The notes under the pieces: generated by a model
Seen by the model: the letters and a program-made list of their open reading frames with translations, nothing else
What the model was told of the DNA's origin: nothing
The model's database searches: none
Made by a program: the position numbers and the translations under genes
Source: Gammaproteobacteria bacterium
Lineage (GTDB): Bacteria; Pseudomonadota; Gammaproteobacteria; UBA4575
DNA: 64,000 nucleotides
Direction: 5' to 3'
NCBI GenBank assembly: GCA_965214675.1
Contig: OZ243969.1
Location: forward strand, 258,482 to 322,481
Shown: in pieces, positions 19,587-33,633 of the stretch
Numbering within the stretch: the stretch's first letter is position 1
Layout of the letters: every line of letters begins with the position of its first letter

Positions 19587-20540
19587 ATGAACCCAGATTA
19601 TCTGAATTTCGAGCAGCCCATTGCAGAGCTGGAGGCCAAGATTGACGAGTTGAAACTTGTTGAAGGGTCGGATGAATTCAATCTCAACGAAGAGATTGCC
19701 CGACTACAGGCCAAGTCGCAGAGCTTGATCGAATCGATCTTTCGCAATCTCAGTCCGTGGCAGATCTCGCAATTGGCCCGTCATCCCAAGCGGCCCTATA
19801 CCCTGGACTATATCGAGCACCTGTTTACCGATTTTACCGAGCTGCACGGGGACCGCATGTATGCGGATGATGCGGCGGTGGTCGCCGGGATCGCCCGGTT
19901 CGAGGCTCAGTCCGTGGCCGTGATTGGCCATCAGAAGGGGCGCAATACCAGCGAAAACATCCGGCGCAACTTCGGCATGCCGCGACCTGAAGGGTACCGG
20001 AAAGCACTGAGGGTGATGGAACTGGCCGAGCGTTTCAAGCTGCCGGTACTGACCTTTGTCGATACTCCCGGTGCCTACCCGGGGGTTGGTGCCGAGGAAC
20101 GGGGCCAGAGCCAGGCCATCGCCTTGAACCTGCAACGCATGTCCGGGCTGCGAACACCAATTGTGTGTACGGTGATCGGTGAAGGCGGCTCCGGCGGCGC
20201 ACTGGCCATCGGCGTGTGTGATTATCTGTCCATGCTGAGCTACAGCACGTACTCGGTAATCTCTCCGGAGGGCTGTGCATCGATTCTGTGGAAGGATGCA
20301 GGCAAGGCGGAGGATGCTGCAACGGCCCTGGGGATCACGGCTGACCGCCTGTTCGAGCTGAATCTGATCGACGAGATTATCCAGGAACCGTTGGGGGGTG
20401 CCCATCGGGACATTGAGACCACTGCCGCAAACATCCGCAATATGCTCGCTCAGACCCTGACACGTCTCAATTCCATGCCGACAGAAGATTTGCTTGCTGC
20501 GCGTTACCGGCGCCTTACCCAGTTTGGTATTTACAAGTAG
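19587..20540 (+). CDS. accA: acetyl-CoA carboxylase carboxyltransferase subunit alpha
   Basis: 317 aa with AccA signature regions ([13 protein letters not shown]..., [15 protein letters not shown]) downstream of dnaE. Confidence 0.93.
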   Translation: MNPDYLNFEQPIAELEAKIDELKLVEGSDEFNLNEEIARLQAKSQSLIESIFRNLSPWQISQLARHPKRPYTLDYIEHLFTDFTELHGDRMYADDAAVVAGIARFEAQSVAVIGHQKGRNTSENIRRNFGMPRPEGYRKALRVMELAERFKLPVLTFVDTPGAYPGVGAEERGQSQAIALNLQRMSGLRTPIVCTVIGEGGSGGALAIGVCDYLSMLSYSTYSVISPEGCASILWKDAGKAEDAATALGITADRLFELNLIDEIIQEPLGGAHRDIETTAANIRNMLAQTLTRLNSMPTEDLLAARYRRLTQFGIYK

Positions 20541-20582
20541 TCCAGCTGTCTGATCGTTGCATGCAAGCTTGCTTCGTGTGTC

Positions 20583-21851
20583 ATGCAATCCATTGATTCT
20601 TCTCTTGAGCGCTTCTTCGAGTCCTACCGCTTTGTCTCGCGCTTCGTGCTGGCCTACAGCGGCGGCATGGATTCAACCGTACTCCTGCACGCCATGCACA
20701 GACTCGGGTTGCCGATATGCGCAGTGCATGTAAACCATCATCTGCAAGCGCAATCGACGGCATGGCAGCAGCATTGTGATTCGGTGTGCAAGGCACTGGG
20801 CATTGACTTCACGGCCGCCTCGGCACCCGTGCAAAAGGCGCCCCAGCAAAGCCTGGAAGAAAGTGCACGCAAGGCCAGGTATCGGTGCCTGTTTGAGCAG
20901 GTAGGGCCGCAGGATGTCCTGGTGAGCGCACATCACCAGGATGATCTGGCTGAAACCCTTTTGCTGCAATTGTTGCGCGGTGCAGGACCAGCCGGTCTCG
21001 CTGCCATGGGGGCAGACCGCCTACAGGCCGAGGGCAGGCACCTGCGCCCGCTGCTTACCCATACACGCGCACAACTGAGTGAATACGCAACAAGCCATTC
21101 CCTCGCCTGGGTGGAAGATCCCAGCAACCGGTCATCGCAGTTTGACCGCAATTTCCTGCGCCTTGAGATCCTGCCCCGGCTGGTGCACCGCTGGCCTGCG
21201 GCCGTACAGACGTTTTCGCGTGCAACGGAGCTGCAGGCCGATGTCCTGCAGTGTCTGCGCGAACTTGCTGATCAGGACGTCCAGGCTGCGGCCACAGGTC
21301 ATGCCCACATTCTGGACATCGGGGTTTTGCAACACCTGGGGGCTGCCCGTCTGAAAAATGCGTTGCGCGGCTGGATCCGGGCCCACGGCCTGCAGGTTCC
21401 CGGCAAAAAAATGCTGGAGCAGATTATCGAGGACATGGTGTACAGGGAAGACCTCGATACGGCACCTGTGCAGACCTGGGCTGCGGGGGAACTGCGCCGT
21501 TACCGGAACAGCCTGTACCTGCTTGACCCCCGGGTGGCGCATGACCCCGGGCAGGTGTTTCAATGGCAGATTGACCAGCCCCTGGTCATCAAGAGCCTCA
21601 ACCGGGTACTGCACTACTCCGACCTCGAGCAGTTCGATGTCAACGTACCCGAGGGCACCCGGGAACTTACGGTGCAATTCAGAAAAGGTGGCGAGCGTTT
21701 CAGGCCGGCAGGGCAAAAGCACCACAGGACACTGAAAAACCTGTTTCAGGAAGGAAATATTCCGCCGTGGGAACGTGACCGTATCCCGTTGCTGTACCAT
21801 GAGGGAGAACTGATTTCCGTGCTCGGGTACTGGAACTCGGCCTCAACCTGA
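20583..21851 (+). CDS. tilS: tRNA(Ile)-lysidine synthetase
   Basis: PP-loop SGGMDSTVLLH near the N-terminus; 422 aa; accA-tilS adjacency is conserved. Confidence 0.88.
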   Translation: MQSIDSSLERFFESYRFVSRFVLAYSGGMDSTVLLHAMHRLGLPICAVHVNHHLQAQSTAWQQHCDSVCKALGIDFTAASAPVQKAPQQSLEESARKARYRCLFEQVGPQDVLVSAHHQDDLAETLLLQLLRGAGPAGLAAMGADRLQAEGRHLRPLLTHTRAQLSEYATSHSLAWVEDPSNRSSQFDRNFLRLEILPRLVHRWPAAVQTFSRATELQADVLQCLRELADQDVQAAATGHAHILDIGVLQHLGAARLKNALRGWIRAHGLQVPGKKMLEQIIEDMVYREDLDTAPVQTWAAGELRRYRNSLYLLDPRVAHDPGQVFQWQIDQPLVIKSLNRVLHYSDLEQFDVNVPEGTRELTVQFRKGGERFRPAGQKHHRTLKNLFQEGNIPPWERDRIPLLYHEGELISVLGYWNSAST

Positions 21852-21941
21852 ATCTTTTCAAGGGGGGTCAAATTCAGTGATTCATCGTGCGCTGAACTGG
21901 ATAATCCAGAGCGGATTTGCTAGGCTTCAATCCCGTCTTGA

Positions 21942-23699
<1,758 letters not shown>

Positions 23700-23719
23700 G
23701 GGCCACACATACAGGACCC

Positions 23720-25872
<2,153 letters not shown>

Positions 25873-25897
25873 TCCATTGAGAACGCTCATAGTACTG

Positions 25898-26173
25898 ATG
25901 ACGGTCCTACTGCTGTTGCTGCAGTACAAGCTGTGGTTTGGTGAGGGCAGTGTGCGTGAAGGGCTGGAATTGCGGGGCTCGATCAATGTTCAGGAAATGC
26001 AAAACGACGAGGCCGGGCAGCGCAACGATGTGCTGGCTGCAGAGGTTGAAGAACTCAAAACAGGGCTTGAATCTGTGGAGGAACGTGCTCGAAGTGAACT
26101 GGGCATGGTCAAGAAAAACGAAACCTTCATTCATATCCTAGAAGGCCGGACCGGAGAAATTGTCGAAGAATAA
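25898..26173 (+). CDS. ftsB: cell division protein FtsB
   Basis: About 90 aa with an N-terminal TM (MTVLLLLLQYKLWFG) followed by a coiled-coil. It lies between eno and ispD. The ORF is open from 25805, overlapping eno. Confidence 0.75.
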   Translation: MTVLLLLLQYKLWFGEGSVREGLELRGSINVQEMQNDEAGQRNDVLAAEVEELKTGLESVEERARSELGMVKKNETFIHILEGRTGEIVEE

Positions 26174-26885
26174 TCACCAACGTTGCTGGGCAATTGTCTG
26201 TGCGGCAGGCGCAGGCATACGCATGGGAACGGACACCCCAAAGCAATACCTGCCTCTCAAAAACTCGACCGTTCTGGAAGAAAGCCTGACCTGTTTTTTG
26301 TGCCACCCGCAGATAGCAGGGGTGGTGGTGGCCTTGTCGGCCGATGATCACCGATGGGCCTCCCTTGAAATATCCTCAGACAAGCGAATACTGAGCGTTG
26401 TGGGAGGCGACAGCCGGGCTCAATCCGTACGCCATGCGCTGGACAAGGTGCGAGACTTGGCCGAGGAATTTGTACTGGTCCACGATGCGGCACGGCCCTG
26501 CCTGGGGTATGCAGACCTGGATAACCTGATCACTGCGGGGCTTGCCAGCGAGGGAGGCGTCATCCTGGCGACCCCCGTCTGCGATACGGTAAAGCAGGTT
26601 CGCGAATCTGCAGGTGGGTGGGAAGTCGACCGGACGCTGGACCGGAGTCTTTTGTGGAAGGCCTTGACGCCGCAGATGTTTCGCGTGGAGGTGTTGCATG
26701 AGGCCTTGCAGTTTTGCATTGAAAATGACCGGGAGGTGACCGATGATGCTTCGGCAGTGGAGGCCATCGGTGTCCATGTAAGGATAATCGAGGGGCGCAG
26801 CGACAATATCAAGATCACCCGGCCCGAGGATCTGCGGCTTGCAGAAACGATCCTGCAGCAGGTAAGCAAGTCATCGCTGGCCTGA
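26160..26885 (+). CDS. ispD: 2-C-methyl-D-erythritol 4-phosphate cytidylyltransferase
   Basis: AIVCAAGAGIRMGTDTPKQYLPL N-terminus is the IspD signature. Confidence 0.9.
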   Translation: MSKNNHQRCWAIVCAAGAGIRMGTDTPKQYLPLKNSTVLEESLTCFLCHPQIAGVVVALSADDHRWASLEISSDKRILSVVGGDSRAQSVRHALDKVRDLAEEFVLVHDAARPCLGYADLDNLITAGLASEGGVILATPVCDTVKQVRESAGGWEVDRTLDRSLLWKALTPQMFRVEVLHEALQFCIENDREVTDDASAVEAIGVHVRIIEGRSDNIKITRPEDLRLAETILQQVSKSSLA

Positions 26886-26965
26886 GCATGCATTGAAGTG
26901 TATTGAATACGGGTGATTTCAGGAATAACGACAGCATTACCTGGAAGTAAGGATTGGTGATTGCA

Positions 26966-27457
26966 ATGAGTCCAAAAATCGGATTCGGCTATGATGTGCA
27001 CCGCTTCTGCGACGGCGAGTACCTCATGCTCGGCGGTGAGAAAATTCCACACAGTCAAGGCATTGATGCCCACTCTGATGGGGATGTTTTGCTGCATGCG
27101 ATTTGTGATGCCATTCTGGGAGCTGCCGGGATCGGGGATATTGGACAACACTTCTCGGACCAGGACAGCGCATACGAAAATATTGACAGCAAAATCCTGC
27201 TGCAGAACGTGATGGGCAAGATCGCAGACGATCTCGAGGTTGGAAATTTAGACTGTACAGTAGTGCTGGAGCGCCCCAAGCTTGCCGGACACATGCGTGC
27301 AATGGAAATCAATATCGCCGAGCTCCTGGGGATTCCTGTCAGTCATGTCAATGTCAAGGCGACCACCAGTGAGGGGATGGGATTCATCGGCCAGGGCCAG
27401 GGTATTGCAGCCTACGCAGTCGTCTTGCTCACCCCGCGCACACCTGCTGATTCGTAA
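26966..27457 (+). CDS. ispF: 2-C-methyl-D-erythritol 2,4-cyclodiphosphate synthase
   Basis: The sequence reads IGFGYDVHRF...SDGDVLLHAICDAILGA, the IspF signature. Confidence 0.93.
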   Translation: MSPKIGFGYDVHRFCDGEYLMLGGEKIPHSQGIDAHSDGDVLLHAICDAILGAAGIGDIGQHFSDQDSAYENIDSKILLQNVMGKIADDLEVGNLDCTVVLERPKLAGHMRAMEINIAELLGIPVSHVNVKATTSEGMGFIGQGQGIAAYAVVLLTPRTPADS

Positions 27458-27465
27458 ACCGGCTG

Positions 27466-29403
27466 ATGCAGCAAAGTGAAAATATTTTCAGCCCGCATGG
27501 GTTGTTGTCCGAGCATCTGGAAGACTTTCGCTACCGGTCCCAACAGCAAAAAATGAGTGCCGAGATCGAGTCGGCGCTTGAGCAGGGCAGCCGACTCATC
27601 ATCGAGGCCGGTACCGGGGTAGGTAAAACCTATGCCTACCTGGTGCCGGCATTGCTGTCCGAGCAAAAAGTCATCATTTCTACAGGCACGCGCCATTTGC
27701 AGGATCAGCTGTATTTCAAAGACCTGCCGGCGGTACTGGACATTGTCAAAAAGCCTGTCTCCACGGCATTACTCAAAGGCCGCGCCAACTACCTTTGTTT
27801 GTATCGCCTGAAGCATCATGTTTCTCGTACACGCGTGAATACGGGCGGTGCAGCTGAAAAAGCCCAGATCATCCGCAACTGGTCCAAGGTGACCAGGACA
27901 GGAGAGATTGCCGAGGTCAATTCCATTGGTGAGGGTGACCCGATATGGCCGGCAGTGACATCAACCGTAGAGAACTGCCTGGGCGCCGAATGTCCGGATT
28001 TCGAGGAGTGTCATGTGTTCAAGGCCAGGGAAAAAGCTCAAGACGCGGACATTGTGGTCGTCAACCACCACCTGTTTTTTTCTGATTTGATCCTTAAGCA
28101 CGCAGACTTCGGGAACCTGCTGCCGCAAGTAGATGCCTGTATTCTGGATGAAGCACATCAGCTGCCGGATATTGCCAGCGATTTTCTGGCTACTACCACC
28201 AGCAGTTATCAAATAAATAATCTGGGGGAGGACATTGTGGCTGCACAGGTCGAGGAGGTGCCTCAAGCTTCCGATCTCCGAGACCTGGTCCAAATAGTCC
28301 AGAAGATGGTCGCAGAATTTCGGTTGGCACTTGCCAGGTGCAACGAGCGAACCCTGTGGCAGGAAGCGATTAAATCAGAGGCCGTGCAAGAAGGGTTTGC
28401 CGAGCTTTGCAAATCCCTGGACCGCCTGTTCGAGGAATTGTCGATATGGAGTGATTGCGCCAAGGTGCTGTCACGTTGCAAGGAACGTTGTGAAATGCTG
28501 CAACAGCAGCTGCGACAGTTTTCGGAAATCGAAGAAGATGTGGTCAGTTGGGTGGAGCGATTCGAAAAAGGGTTTAAATTGCACAGTACCCCCCTGATGA
28601 TCGCCGACCTGTTCCAGGCGTTGATGCAGAACTATAGATGCAGCTGGATATTTACTTCGGCCACACTGACCATGAATGCACGGTTTGACCATTTCCAGCA
28701 GCAACTGGGATTGACCGAGGCGGATACGCTTTTGCTGGACAGTCCTTTTGACTTTGAGGCCAGTACGCGGCTGTTTTTGCCATCGATTAAAGTTGACCCG
28801 GGTAATGACGACTATACACGGCTTATGCTGGACGCCGTTTTGCCCGTGCTGCAAGCCAACCGGGGACGCGCATTCATACTATTCAGCAGTCATCGGGCAC
28901 TGCAACTTGCAGCACAAGTGTTGCTTATACAGGATGAATTCAATTTGCTGGTTCAGGGTGAGGCGCCGCGCAGGGAATTGCTGGATCGCTTCGTGAAAAC
29001 AGAACAGGCCGTCCTTCTGGGCGCCAGCAGTTTCTGGGAGGGTGTGGACATACGTGGAAGTGCGTTGAGCTGTGTCGTCATTGACAAGCTGCCGTTTGCA
29101 GCACCTGATGATCCTGTGCTCGCTGGACGCCTGCAGGCATTGCGCCGAATGGGCGTGAATCCATTCATGTTCCATCAGTTGCCCCAGGCGGTGATTGCCC
29201 TGAAGCAGGGAGTCGGGAGGCTCATCCGGGATGAAGGCGACTACGGTGTGGTTGCCGTTTGTGACCCGCGACTGACTGCAAAATCCTACGGGAAGACGTT
29301 CATTGACAGTCTGCCCGATATGCCGATCACTTCCAGTCTCGATGAGGTGATTCACTTTCTTTTCCGGCAGGGAGAGTCCGGTCATGAAATTTCTTGCAAT
29401 TGA
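27466..29403 (+). CDS. yoaA: DinG/Rad3-family ATP-dependent DNA helicase (YoaA-like)
   Basis: Walker A GTGVGKTY, DEAH box ILDEAHQLPD, and an Fe-S Cys cluster (NCLGAECPDFEEC). 645 aa, adjacent to tsaB as in E. coli yeaZ-yoaA. Confidence 0.8.
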   Translation: MQQSENIFSPHGLLSEHLEDFRYRSQQQKMSAEIESALEQGSRLIIEAGTGVGKTYAYLVPALLSEQKVIISTGTRHLQDQLYFKDLPAVLDIVKKPVSTALLKGRANYLCLYRLKHHVSRTRVNTGGAAEKAQIIRNWSKVTRTGEIAEVNSIGEGDPIWPAVTSTVENCLGAECPDFEECHVFKAREKAQDADIVVVNHHLFFSDLILKHADFGNLLPQVDACILDEAHQLPDIASDFLATTTSSYQINNLGEDIVAAQVEEVPQASDLRDLVQIVQKMVAEFRLALARCNERTLWQEAIKSEAVQEGFAELCKSLDRLFEELSIWSDCAKVLSRCKERCEMLQQQLRQFSEIEEDVVSWVERFEKGFKLHSTPLMIADLFQALMQNYRCSWIFTSATLTMNARFDHFQQQLGLTEADTLLLDSPFDFEASTRLFLPSIKVDPGNDDYTRLMLDAVLPVLQANRGRAFILFSSHRALQLAAQVLLIQDEFNLLVQGEAPRRELLDRFVKTEQAVLLGASSFWEGVDIRGSALSCVVIDKLPFAAPDDPVLAGRLQALRRMGVNPFMFHQLPQAVIALKQGVGRLIRDEGDYGVVAVCDPRLTAKSYGKTFIDSLPDMPITSSLDEVIHFLFRQGESGHEISCN

Positions 29404-30073
29404 GACCGCAACCGAGTGCTGTTCGGTGGCACTGTTCAATGAAGATGACATCATTTGCGAAAGTGAAGTGGTTCCCCACCGGCACAATGAAATTGTGCTA
29501 TCCATGTGTGAGCGGGTACTGGCCCGGGCCGAAGTCCCCCTTACCCAGCTCGACGGCATCGCCTTCGGCCGTGGTCCCGGGGCGTTTACCGGGGTGCGTC
29601 TTGCCGCCAGCGTGACCCAGGGGTTTGCACTGGCACTGGAACTTCCGGTCGTCCCGGTATCCTCTCTGGCCGCCCTGGCACAGGCCGCCTATTCCAGGCA
29701 CAAGGTATCGCAGGTCCTGTCCAGTATCGATGCGCGCATGCAGGAAATCTACATGGCCGTGTACCAGCTGGATGAGTCGAATATCATGCGCCTGGTCGGT
29801 GAAGAGCAGGTGATCCGGCCCGACTTGGTGAATGTGGAAATACATGACGGCTGCATGGGGTACGGCTCGGGATGGAAACCCTATGCAGAAATATTGCTTG
29901 AGCGTTGTGGCAAAAACATCGATTTTGATGCAAGCGCTGCGCCGCAGGCGGAATTTGTGGCCGTATTGGCCAAGCCGTGCTTCGAGCGAGGTGAGACGGT
30001 CCCGGCTACCCAGGCCCTGCCGGTCTATGTGCGCCATGACGTTGCACAGAAACCGAAATCAAAAACGGTCTGA
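29384..30073 (+). CDS. tsaB: tRNA threonylcarbamoyladenosine biosynthesis protein TsaB (YeaZ)
   Basis: MKFLAIETATECCSVAL N-terminus, 229 aa, inactive Kae1/TsaD paralog fold. Confidence 0.85.
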   Translation: MKFLAIETATECCSVALFNEDDIICESEVVPHRHNEIVLSMCERVLARAEVPLTQLDGIAFGRGPGAFTGVRLAASVTQGFALALELPVVPVSSLAALAQAAYSRHKVSQVLSSIDARMQEIYMAVYQLDESNIMRLVGEEQVIRPDLVNVEIHDGCMGYGSGWKPYAEILLERCGKNIDFDASAAPQAEFVAVLAKPCFERGETVPATQALPVYVRHDVAQKPKSKTV

Positions 30074-30186
30074 GCACACACACTTGATCCGGTTGATCGC
30101 CTGGCCGGTTTAGTTTTTGGATGAAGTCATTTGTACCGCTTGAGAGCGCCCGCAACTCTTCGGGGAGGTTTTGTTACACTGACCGG

Positions 30187-30504
30187 ATGGAGCGCGTATA
30201 CAGCGAACACAGTCCCATCTTTATCCATCACCTCAAGGATATTCTTGAGGAGAAAGGTATCGCTGCCATCATCAAAAACGAGTTTCTTAGCGGAGGAGCC
30301 GGGGAGTTGCCACCTACCGAAGTCTGGCCTGAGTTGTGGGTAGTGGAAAGTGGAGATCGCGATGCCGCCAAGAAAATCGTGCATGAATTCATCGAGTCGA
30401 CGAAAAGCGTATCCAGGGACTGGTTGTGTACGGTGTGTGGTGAAAAAATCGAGGGCCAGTTCAAGGCGTGCTGGAGCTGCGGGTCGGTCCATAGCACGGG
30501 CTGA
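30187..30504 (+). CDS. small DUF2007-like protein with C-terminal CxxC...CxxC zinc ribbon
   Basis: About 105 aa. The N-terminal half resembles the DUF2007 'putative signal-transducing' fold, and the C-terminus reads CTVCGEKIEGQFKACWSCG. The ORF is open from 30121. Confidence 0.55.
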   Translation: MERVYSEHSPIFIHHLKDILEEKGIAAIIKNEFLSGGAGELPPTEVWPELWVVESGDRDAAKKIVHEFIESTKSVSRDWLCTVCGEKIEGQFKACWSCGSVHSTG

Positions 30505-30539
30505 GAGTACACGACAGTTCGCCAGCAACATGTTGATCA

Positions 30540-30710
30540 GTCAACCCGACGTTCATGGTGGACTTCAACTTCGCCCGGCCTTTCAACATTGGCACACTCA
30601 ACTTCAGTGTCGAAGGCCATGTTGAGTACATCGGGGAACGGGACAACGAGCTTGGCGACAAGGATACCGATGAGAGCACTGTACAGGCATTGCTGGTCTT
30701 GAGCTTCTGA
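30540..30710 (+). pseudogene. remnant encoding only the C-terminal beta-strand region of an outer-membrane beta-barrel protein
   Basis: A 56-codon open frame, ...FNIGTLNFSVEGHVEYIGERDNELGDKDTDESTVQALLVLSF*, has alternating hydrophobic residues and a terminal Phe (the OMP C-terminal signature). There is no upstream coding sequence in frame. Confidence 0.4.
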
Positions 30711-30752
30711 CCCGGGCCATCCGATTTGTGGTGGGTTTAGGACAGGAGAGGC

Positions 30753-33518
30753 TCAGATACCCTGTATTTTCTCCAGTTGCTCTTGCATTTGCTGCAAGGC
30801 CGTATTGGCAGCATCCAGGCGTGTGACTTCCTGGTCTACAATCTCCCGGGGCGCCTTGTTCTTGAAATCTGGATTGTCCAGCCGGGTCTGAATTTTTTCC
30901 AGGTTCGCTGTCAATTTCCCGATTTCTTTCTTTAATCTTGCACATTCAGCGTCCTTGTCGATCAAACCGGCCAGCGGAATAAGGATTTCCATGTTACCAG
31001 CCAATGCCATGGCAGACTCCGGCGCAGTTTCATCCTCCAGCCACCGGACATCTTCCAGCATGGCAAGTTCGAAAATGTAGGTGCGCGTGTATTCAAAATA
31101 CTTCTTGTCCAGAGAGGATCCGTTTTTTATCAGCACGCAGAGCCGTGTTTTCGGAGGGACATCCATGTCCGAACGAACCTTGCGCACCGCATTTATAAAC
31201 TCTCTAGACCACTCCATTTTTTCCTGGCTTTCAGAATCCCTGTAGTCGGGGGTAGCGCAGGGATAGGGCTCCAGCATGATGCTTTGTCCCTTGATCAGCA
31301 TTCGTTGCGCAATCCGTTGCCAGATCTCCTCAGTAATGAAGGGGATGATGGGATGCAGTAGGCGCAGCGATGTATCCAGTACTTCCAGAAGAACTCGCCG
31401 GGTAGTTTGCTGGACGGGTGCCTGTGCATTCTCATCGAACAGGATCGGCTTGCACAACTCGATGTACCAGTCGCAAAACTCATGCCAGACAAAGTTGTAA
31501 AGCGTTTGTGCAGCCAGATCAAAGCGGTAATTGTTCAGATGCTTGTGTGTGAGATCGATCACGTCTTGCTGCTTGCTGAGAATCCAGCGATCCGCCAGGG
31601 TGGTATGGCGGGTGTCAATATGCGGGGCGATGTCACGGCCTTCGGTGCTCATGTCCACAAAGCGGGCCGCGTTCCACAGCTTGTTGCAGAAGTTTCGGTA
31701 TCCTTCGATGCGGCTGAGGTGGAACTTGATGTCGCGCCCGAATGTGGCCTGGGCCGCAAACGAAAACCGCAGGGCATCGGTGCCGTAGGGCTTGATACCT
31801 TCCGGGTATTCCTTGCGCGTGGCTTTCTCAATCGCAGGCGCCATCTCGGGCTGCATCAGGCCGCTCGTGCGTTTGCGGATGAGGGTTTCAAGATCAATCC
31901 CGTCAATAATATCGATCGGGTCCAGCACGTTACCCTTGGACTTTGACATCTTCTGGCCACTGGCATCCCGCACCAGGCCATGGACATAGACCTTGCGAAA
32001 CGGCACATCCTCCATGAACTTCAGGCCCATCATGACCATGCGCGCCACCCAGAAAAAGATGATGTCGAAGCCGGTGATGAGTACGGAGGTTGGATAAAAT
32101 GTTTTCAGCTCATCGGTGTTCTCAGGCCAGCCCAGCGTGGAGAAGGGCCACAAGGCCGATGAAAACCAGGTATCGAGGACATCCTCATCCTGTGCCAGTA
32201 TCACCTCCGGGCCCAGGTCATGTATTTGCCGCACATCGGCCTCATCCCGGCCCACGTAAATCGTGCCTTGCGCGTCATACCAGGCAGGAATCCGGTGTCC
32301 CCACCACAACTGGCGACTGATGCACCAGTCCTGGAGATTGTGCATCCACTCAAAATAGGTTTTGCTCCAGTTCTTCGGTACGAACTCAATGTCACCGTTC
32401 TCTACCGCCCGGATGGCGGGTTCGGCAAGCGCTTGCACACTGACATACCACTGACGGGTCAGATAGGGTTCGACAATGGCACCTGAACGGTCACCACGTG
32501 GGATGGCATGGCGGTGTTTCTGGATATCTGCGAGCAGGTCCTGCGCTTCAAGGTCCTCGATGACTTTCCTGCGCGCCTCAAAACGGTCCATGTCCTGGTA
32601 GGCAGACGGTGCATTTTCGTTGATCTTCGCATCGTCGGTAAAAATGTTGATCTGTTCCAGGTCATGGCGCAGGCCAACCTCGTAATCGTTGAAGTCATGC
32701 GCCGGGGTGATCTTCACGCATCCGGAACCGAATTCAGGGTCTACATATTCATCGGCAATGACAGGGATTTCGCGACCGGTCAGGGGCAGCTTCACGGTCT
32801 TGCCTACCAGGGTGCGGTAACGGTCATCTTCCGGGTGTACCGCCACCGCACTGTCTCCGAGCAGCGTCTCGGGCCGGGTAGTGGCCACTGTCACATGACC
32901 GTCGCCGTCAGAATACGGGTACCGTATATGCCACATGTGACCATCTTCCTCTTCTGAGATGACTTCCAGGTCCGATACGGCGGTGTGCAGGACGGGGTCC
33001 CAGTTGACCAGGCGCTTGCCCCGGTAAATCAGGCCCTCTTCGTACAGCCTCACAAACACGGTCCTGACGGCCTCCGAGAGGCTGTCATCCATGGTAAAGC
33101 GCTCACGCGACCAGTCCAGAGAGGAGCCCATGCGCTCGAGCTGACGACAGATCGTCACACCGGAGTGTTCTTTCCACTCCCAGACCTTCTCAATGAATTT
33201 TTCCCGGCCGAGGTCATGACGCGTCTTCCCCTGTGCATTCAGTTGCCGTTCCACCACCATCTGTGTTGCGATGCCGGCATGGTCGGTGCCGGGCTGCCAG
33301 AGCGTGTTGAATCCCGACATGCGGTGATACCGTGTCAGGCAGTCCATCAGGGTATTGTTGAAAGCATGGCCCATATGCAGCGTGCCCGTGACATTCGGCG
33401 GAGGGATCATGATGCAGTACGGAGGATTCTCTGACCCGCCGGGCGCAAAGTAGTCGTTCTGCTTCCAGTGCAGGTACCACTTTTGCTCAATGTTTGCAGG
33501 CTGATAGGTTTTTTCCAT
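30753..33518 (-). CDS. valS: valine--tRNA ligase
   Basis: 921 aa; class I HIGH (HMGHAFNNT) and KMSKS motifs; C-terminal coiled-coil. Confidence 0.96.
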   Translation of the reverse strand: MEKTYQPANIEQKWYLHWKQNDYFAPGGSENPPYCIMIPPPNVTGTLHMGHAFNNTLMDCLTRYHRMSGFNTLWQPGTDHAGIATQMVVERQLNAQGKTRHDLGREKFIEKVWEWKEHSGVTICRQLERMGSSLDWSRERFTMDDSLSEAVRTVFVRLYEEGLIYRGKRLVNWDPVLHTAVSDLEVISEEEDGHMWHIRYPYSDGDGHVTVATTRPETLLGDSAVAVHPEDDRYRTLVGKTVKLPLTGREIPVIADEYVDPEFGSGCVKITPAHDFNDYEVGLRHDLEQINIFTDDAKINENAPSAYQDMDRFEARRKVIEDLEAQDLLADIQKHRHAIPRGDRSGAIVEPYLTRQWYVSVQALAEPAIRAVENGDIEFVPKNWSKTYFEWMHNLQDWCISRQLWWGHRIPAWYDAQGTIYVGRDEADVRQIHDLGPEVILAQDEDVLDTWFSSALWPFSTLGWPENTDELKTFYPTSVLITGFDIIFFWVARMVMMGLKFMEDVPFRKVYVHGLVRDASGQKMSKSKGNVLDPIDIIDGIDLETLIRKRTSGLMQPEMAPAIEKATRKEYPEGIKPYGTDALRFSFAAQATFGRDIKFHLSRIEGYRNFCNKLWNAARFVDMSTEGRDIAPHIDTRHTTLADRWILSKQQDVIDLTHKHLNNYRFDLAAQTLYNFVWHEFCDWYIELCKPILFDENAQAPVQQTTRRVLLEVLDTSLRLLHPIIPFITEEIWQRIAQRMLIKGQSIMLEPYPCATPDYRDSESQEKMEWSREFINAVRKVRSDMDVPPKTRLCVLIKNGSSLDKKYFEYTRTYIFELAMLEDVRWLEDETAPESAMALAGNMEILIPLAGLIDKDAECARLKKEIGKLTANLEKIQTRLDNPDFKNKAPREIVDQEVTRLDAANTALQQMQEQLEKIQGI

Positions 33519-33633
33519 GGCAGGATCTTGAATGTCGGGCCCGGTGCACAGACCCTATGGGCGCGTATGATGCAGCCTGCGCATGGCAGCATGCAAGCGC
33601 AGCACGGCGATCATCAGGGCAGACGGATTGTAC

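Noticed and set aside
30074-30120. Possible rho-independent terminator after tsaB (ccgg...ccgg then tttagttttt)
   Set aside because: The stem is only 4 bp with a 12-nt loop. The T-run is convincing but the hairpin is not, so the evidence is too weak to annotate.
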